Source of the DNA: an uncultured delta proteobacterium
GTDB taxonomy: Bacteria > Myxococcota_A > Polyangia > Polyangiales > Polyangiaceae
Length of the DNA stretch: 64,000 bases
Reading direction: 5' to 3'
NCBI GenBank assembly: GCA_963696385.1
Contig: CAVOKF010000007.1
Coordinates: 1,184,001-1,248,000 of the forward strand
Below are positions 61,286 through 64,000 of this stretch, piece by piece; position 1 is the stretch's first letter; each line of letters opens with the position of its first letter. The position numbers and the translations under genes were made by a program. The notes below the pieces were generated by a model. It did not search any database. It was not told where the DNA came from and was given only the letters and a program-made list of their open reading frames with translations.

Positions 61286-62389
61286 ATGGCTCGAGCACCG
61301 GGTGAACGACTGGCCGAGCGTGCGATCCGTCGCGTCGTAGCCGCTTTCGACGGGTCGAGGCTGGCCAGCAACGCCTTGGTCCAGCTCAATGTGCGAACTC
61401 ACCGCACCTGGGCACTGCCGATCTTGCTCTATGCGCCCACTTCGCGCTGCAACTCGCGATGCGTCTCCTGCGACTATTGGAAAACGGATGGATCGACCGA
61501 TCTGGGTCGGGACGAGGTCGCCGCCCTATGCCGCGAGCTGACCGGGCTTCGCACAAGGCTCGTGGTCTTCACGGGAGGCGAGCCGCTCGTGCGCGAGGAC
61601 GTTTTCGAGCTCGCGGACTTGTTTCGTGCGCAGGGCGTGGCGTTACACCTTTTGACCAGCGGGCTTGCCCTCGAGCGCCATGCCGAGGCGGTCGTGGAGC
61701 GCTTTGCGGCCGTCACGATCTCACTCGACGGGCATACGCGCGATTTGTACCGCCGCATCCGCGGAGTCGAAGGTCTCGAGGCCGTCGAGCGCGGCGTGCG
61801 CCGCTTGAAACGGCTACGGCCCACCCTACCCGTCCGGGCGCGTTCGACGCTGCATCAGCGAAACTTCCGGGCCCTGCCGGATCTTATCGACAAGGCGGCT
61901 TCCATGGGCCTCGACCAGATCTCGTTTCTCGCCGCCGATGTCGCTTCCGATGCGTTCGGCCGGGGCCTCTTGCCCGCGGCGCCGAACCCCCACGGGCTCC
62001 TGCTCAATCGCGACGAGGTGGACGAGTTCGAGAAAGTGATCGAGAAGGCGCTGCTCAGTCACGCGCAAGCGTTTCGACAAGGGCGGGTGGCGGAGCGCGG
62101 GGACCGGCTCCGCAGGCTCGCTCGCTATTACCGTGCCCAACAAGAGCGGGGCCCGTTTCCCCAGGTTCACTGCAACGCGCCGTGGGCCAGTGCAGTCGTG
62201 GAGGCCGATGGAGCGGTGCGGCCGTGTTTTTTCCAACCACGGGTGGGAAGCCTGCGAAAAAATAGCCTACGCGCAATTCTCAACGACGAAATGGTGCGTT
62301 TCCGTCGTAAGCTGGATGTCTCTCGGGATGCTACGTGCGAGCGATGTGTGTGCTCGCTGCGGGTCGGGATGAGGTCGCGGTTATGGTGA
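61286..62389 (+). CDS. Radical SAM protein with SPASM/twitch domain
   Basis: CNSRCVSC, FTGGEP, ISLDG, C...VRPC...CERCVC. Confidence 0.92.
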   Translation: MARAPGERLAERAIRRVVAAFDGSRLASNALVQLNVRTHRTWALPILLYAPTSRCNSRCVSCDYWKTDGSTDLGRDEVAALCRELTGLRTRLVVFTGGEPLVREDVFELADLFRAQGVALHLLTSGLALERHAEAVVERFAAVTISLDGHTRDLYRRIRGVEGLEAVERGVRRLKRLRPTLPVRARSTLHQRNFRALPDLIDKAASMGLDQISFLAADVASDAFGRGLLPAAPNPHGLLLNRDEVDEFEKVIEKALLSHAQAFRQGRVAERGDRLRRLARYYRAQQERGPFPQVHCNAPWASAVVEADGAVRPCFFQPRVGSLRKNSLRAILNDEMVRFRRKLDVSRDATCERCVCSLRVGMRSRLW

Positions 62390-62399
62390 ACCTCATCCA

Positions 62400-63942
62400 A
62401 TGAAGCACGTTCCGTGGCTTCCGTGGCTCCTCACCACGCTCGCCGTCGCGATGTTGCTCGCGCGTTGGCTTCGGGTTCGACGGTACCGCGGGCTGTTTCG
62501 AATTCCGGTGCGACGGGACGATTCCTTGCTCTGCCGAGGTAACGACGGAACGCTCTCGGTCTCGGCGAACCACGACGGCTTCGAAATGCCGGCCGGTGTG
62601 GTGGCTCGCGGGCAGACTGCGTTTTTGGCGTTGCAGGTTTCGACCACGCCCGTGGGTGGTTACGTGGACCCCTTCATCGAGGTCTGGCAGGGCAGTCGGA
62701 GGTACCGGCAGTATTTCGAGCGAGGCGCGACCGGTTGGCGTCACTTGAACCTGTCGCCACTCTTCCAGAACGGGATCGAAGCCGGGTTCGGACGCGTCCA
62801 CCTTCGGGGCGGCTCGATCCGCTGGAAGAGGGAGGCCACCTTAAGAATCTTCGAATCCACCTCCAGTCGGGAACGCCGTGATTTTGGTCTTGGCGCCCCA
62901 TCCAGACGACGCCGAGATTGCGGCTTTCGGGCTCTATGCGGGCCGGCGCTCCTGGGTCGCCACGATCACCGCGGGCGAGTGCGGAATGGGGGACCTCTCG
63001 GCGGTGGCGCCTGGCCAGTCGAACGCGGCGCGCTGGAAGGCGCTCTTGCGCGTGTGGGACAGTTTGACCATCCCACAGCTGGGCGACGTGCCGCCAGACC
63101 GATGTCTCAATCTCGTCTACCCGGATGGCCAGCTGCAATCTCTCTTGCGCCGTGCCCCCCCTTCCGCCACGCTGGCGTGTGAGAAAAGTCTCTCTCGCAC
63201 TGCGCTCCGCGCGCGCAACCAGGCATCCGCGTTTCGAGCTGCAGGTCCCGCGTGCTCGTGGGAAGGCCTGGTCGAAGACCTTCGACGGTTGCTCGAGATG
63301 GCCAAGCCCGACATCGTCGTGTGCCCCCATCCGATCGTCGACGCCCACCACGACCACGTCTTCACCACGGTGGCGCTCGAACAGGCGATTCGCCGAACGA
63401 CACTGCATAGCACGCTCTTTTTTCTTTACGTCGTTCATCGAATCGATGCGCCCCTGCACCCCGTGGGGCCCAACACGAGCTGGGTGTCGTTTCCACCGTG
63501 GACCGAGCACGAATGGCTGGCCGATTCCATCTACTCGCATCCGCTCGCGCCCGAGGTGCAACGCGCGAAGTACTTCGCCGTCGAGGCGATGCACGATTTA
63601 CGAACGTTCTCGGTCGCCGAGCCCAAGGGACTGGGACGGGTTCTTCGGGCCGTAATCCGAGAGCTCTTGGCGTGGGGTGCTGGCACCGGGCTTCCCGCGA
63701 CCAGTTACTTGCGTCGGGCACCGCGCCCCAATGAGATCTACGGCGTCGTGTCCGCGAGCTCGCTTTCGGAGTTGGTCCAGCGAGCCCTCGACCGGCCCCC
63801 GCGGATCGACACTGAGATCGCGGCGGAGGCCCCATGGCTCCATTGGCTCGCGAGCCGCGCTCGGCGCATTGTACACCGCGGTCGGCCCGCAAAGCACCTC
63901 GCTCCGGAGAAGGCGCAATCGAGTCGCGTCGCAGAGCTATGA
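62400..63942 (+). CDS. Membrane-anchored PIG-L family deacetylase; 1-nt frameshift near 62856
   Basis: N-terminal TM and extra domain in one frame; LAPHPDD, YPDG, HHDH in the next frame. Confidence 0.82.
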
Positions 63943-64000
63943 CGCTAAGCCCGACACGTGACGCTGATTCTCGGTATCCCATCCCGCGAGTCGATGGTCG

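Noticed and set aside
61075..61305. RiPP precursor peptide upstream of the SPASM enzyme
   Set aside because: Short ORFs here overlap the frameshifted GT2 tail and show no leader or core pattern.
1..64000. tRNA, rRNA, transposase or prophage genes
   Set aside because: None recognised by eye; tRNAscan-SE and HMM searches would be needed to exclude them fully.

Overview
GC-rich bacterial DNA, most likely Myxococcota/Polyangiaceae (inferred from an MXAN_5187-type protein, many Ser/Gly/Pro- and 'DAG'-rich lipoproteins, and an ECF/anti-sigma module). Housekeeping genes include tsaE, lgt, class II DAHP synthase, asd, folE, mlaE, cysS, aroE and tal. Accessory content: four lipid-anchored plant-polysaccharide enzymes (GH43, PL1-like, PL4, GH26); an orphan kdpE locus with two TTTA-N7-TTTA boxes, a beta-barrel porin and three paralogs of an unrecognised lipoprotein domain; a RegB/RegA pair beside a Cys/His/Met-rich envelope cluster; a MoxR-DUF58-transglutaminase triad; and a radical SAM cluster split by a lower-GC glycosyltransferase insert. 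The most striking non-coding signal is a candidate sigma54-driven small RNA of about 57 nt (11578-11634), a single hairpin with a C-only loop and a U8 tail. A dispersed palindromic repeat of about 49 bp and several tandem duplications are also present. At least five genes carry single-base indels, which may be long-read errors. No rRNA, tRNA, CRISPR array or transposase was found. All calls are by eye; no database searches were run.
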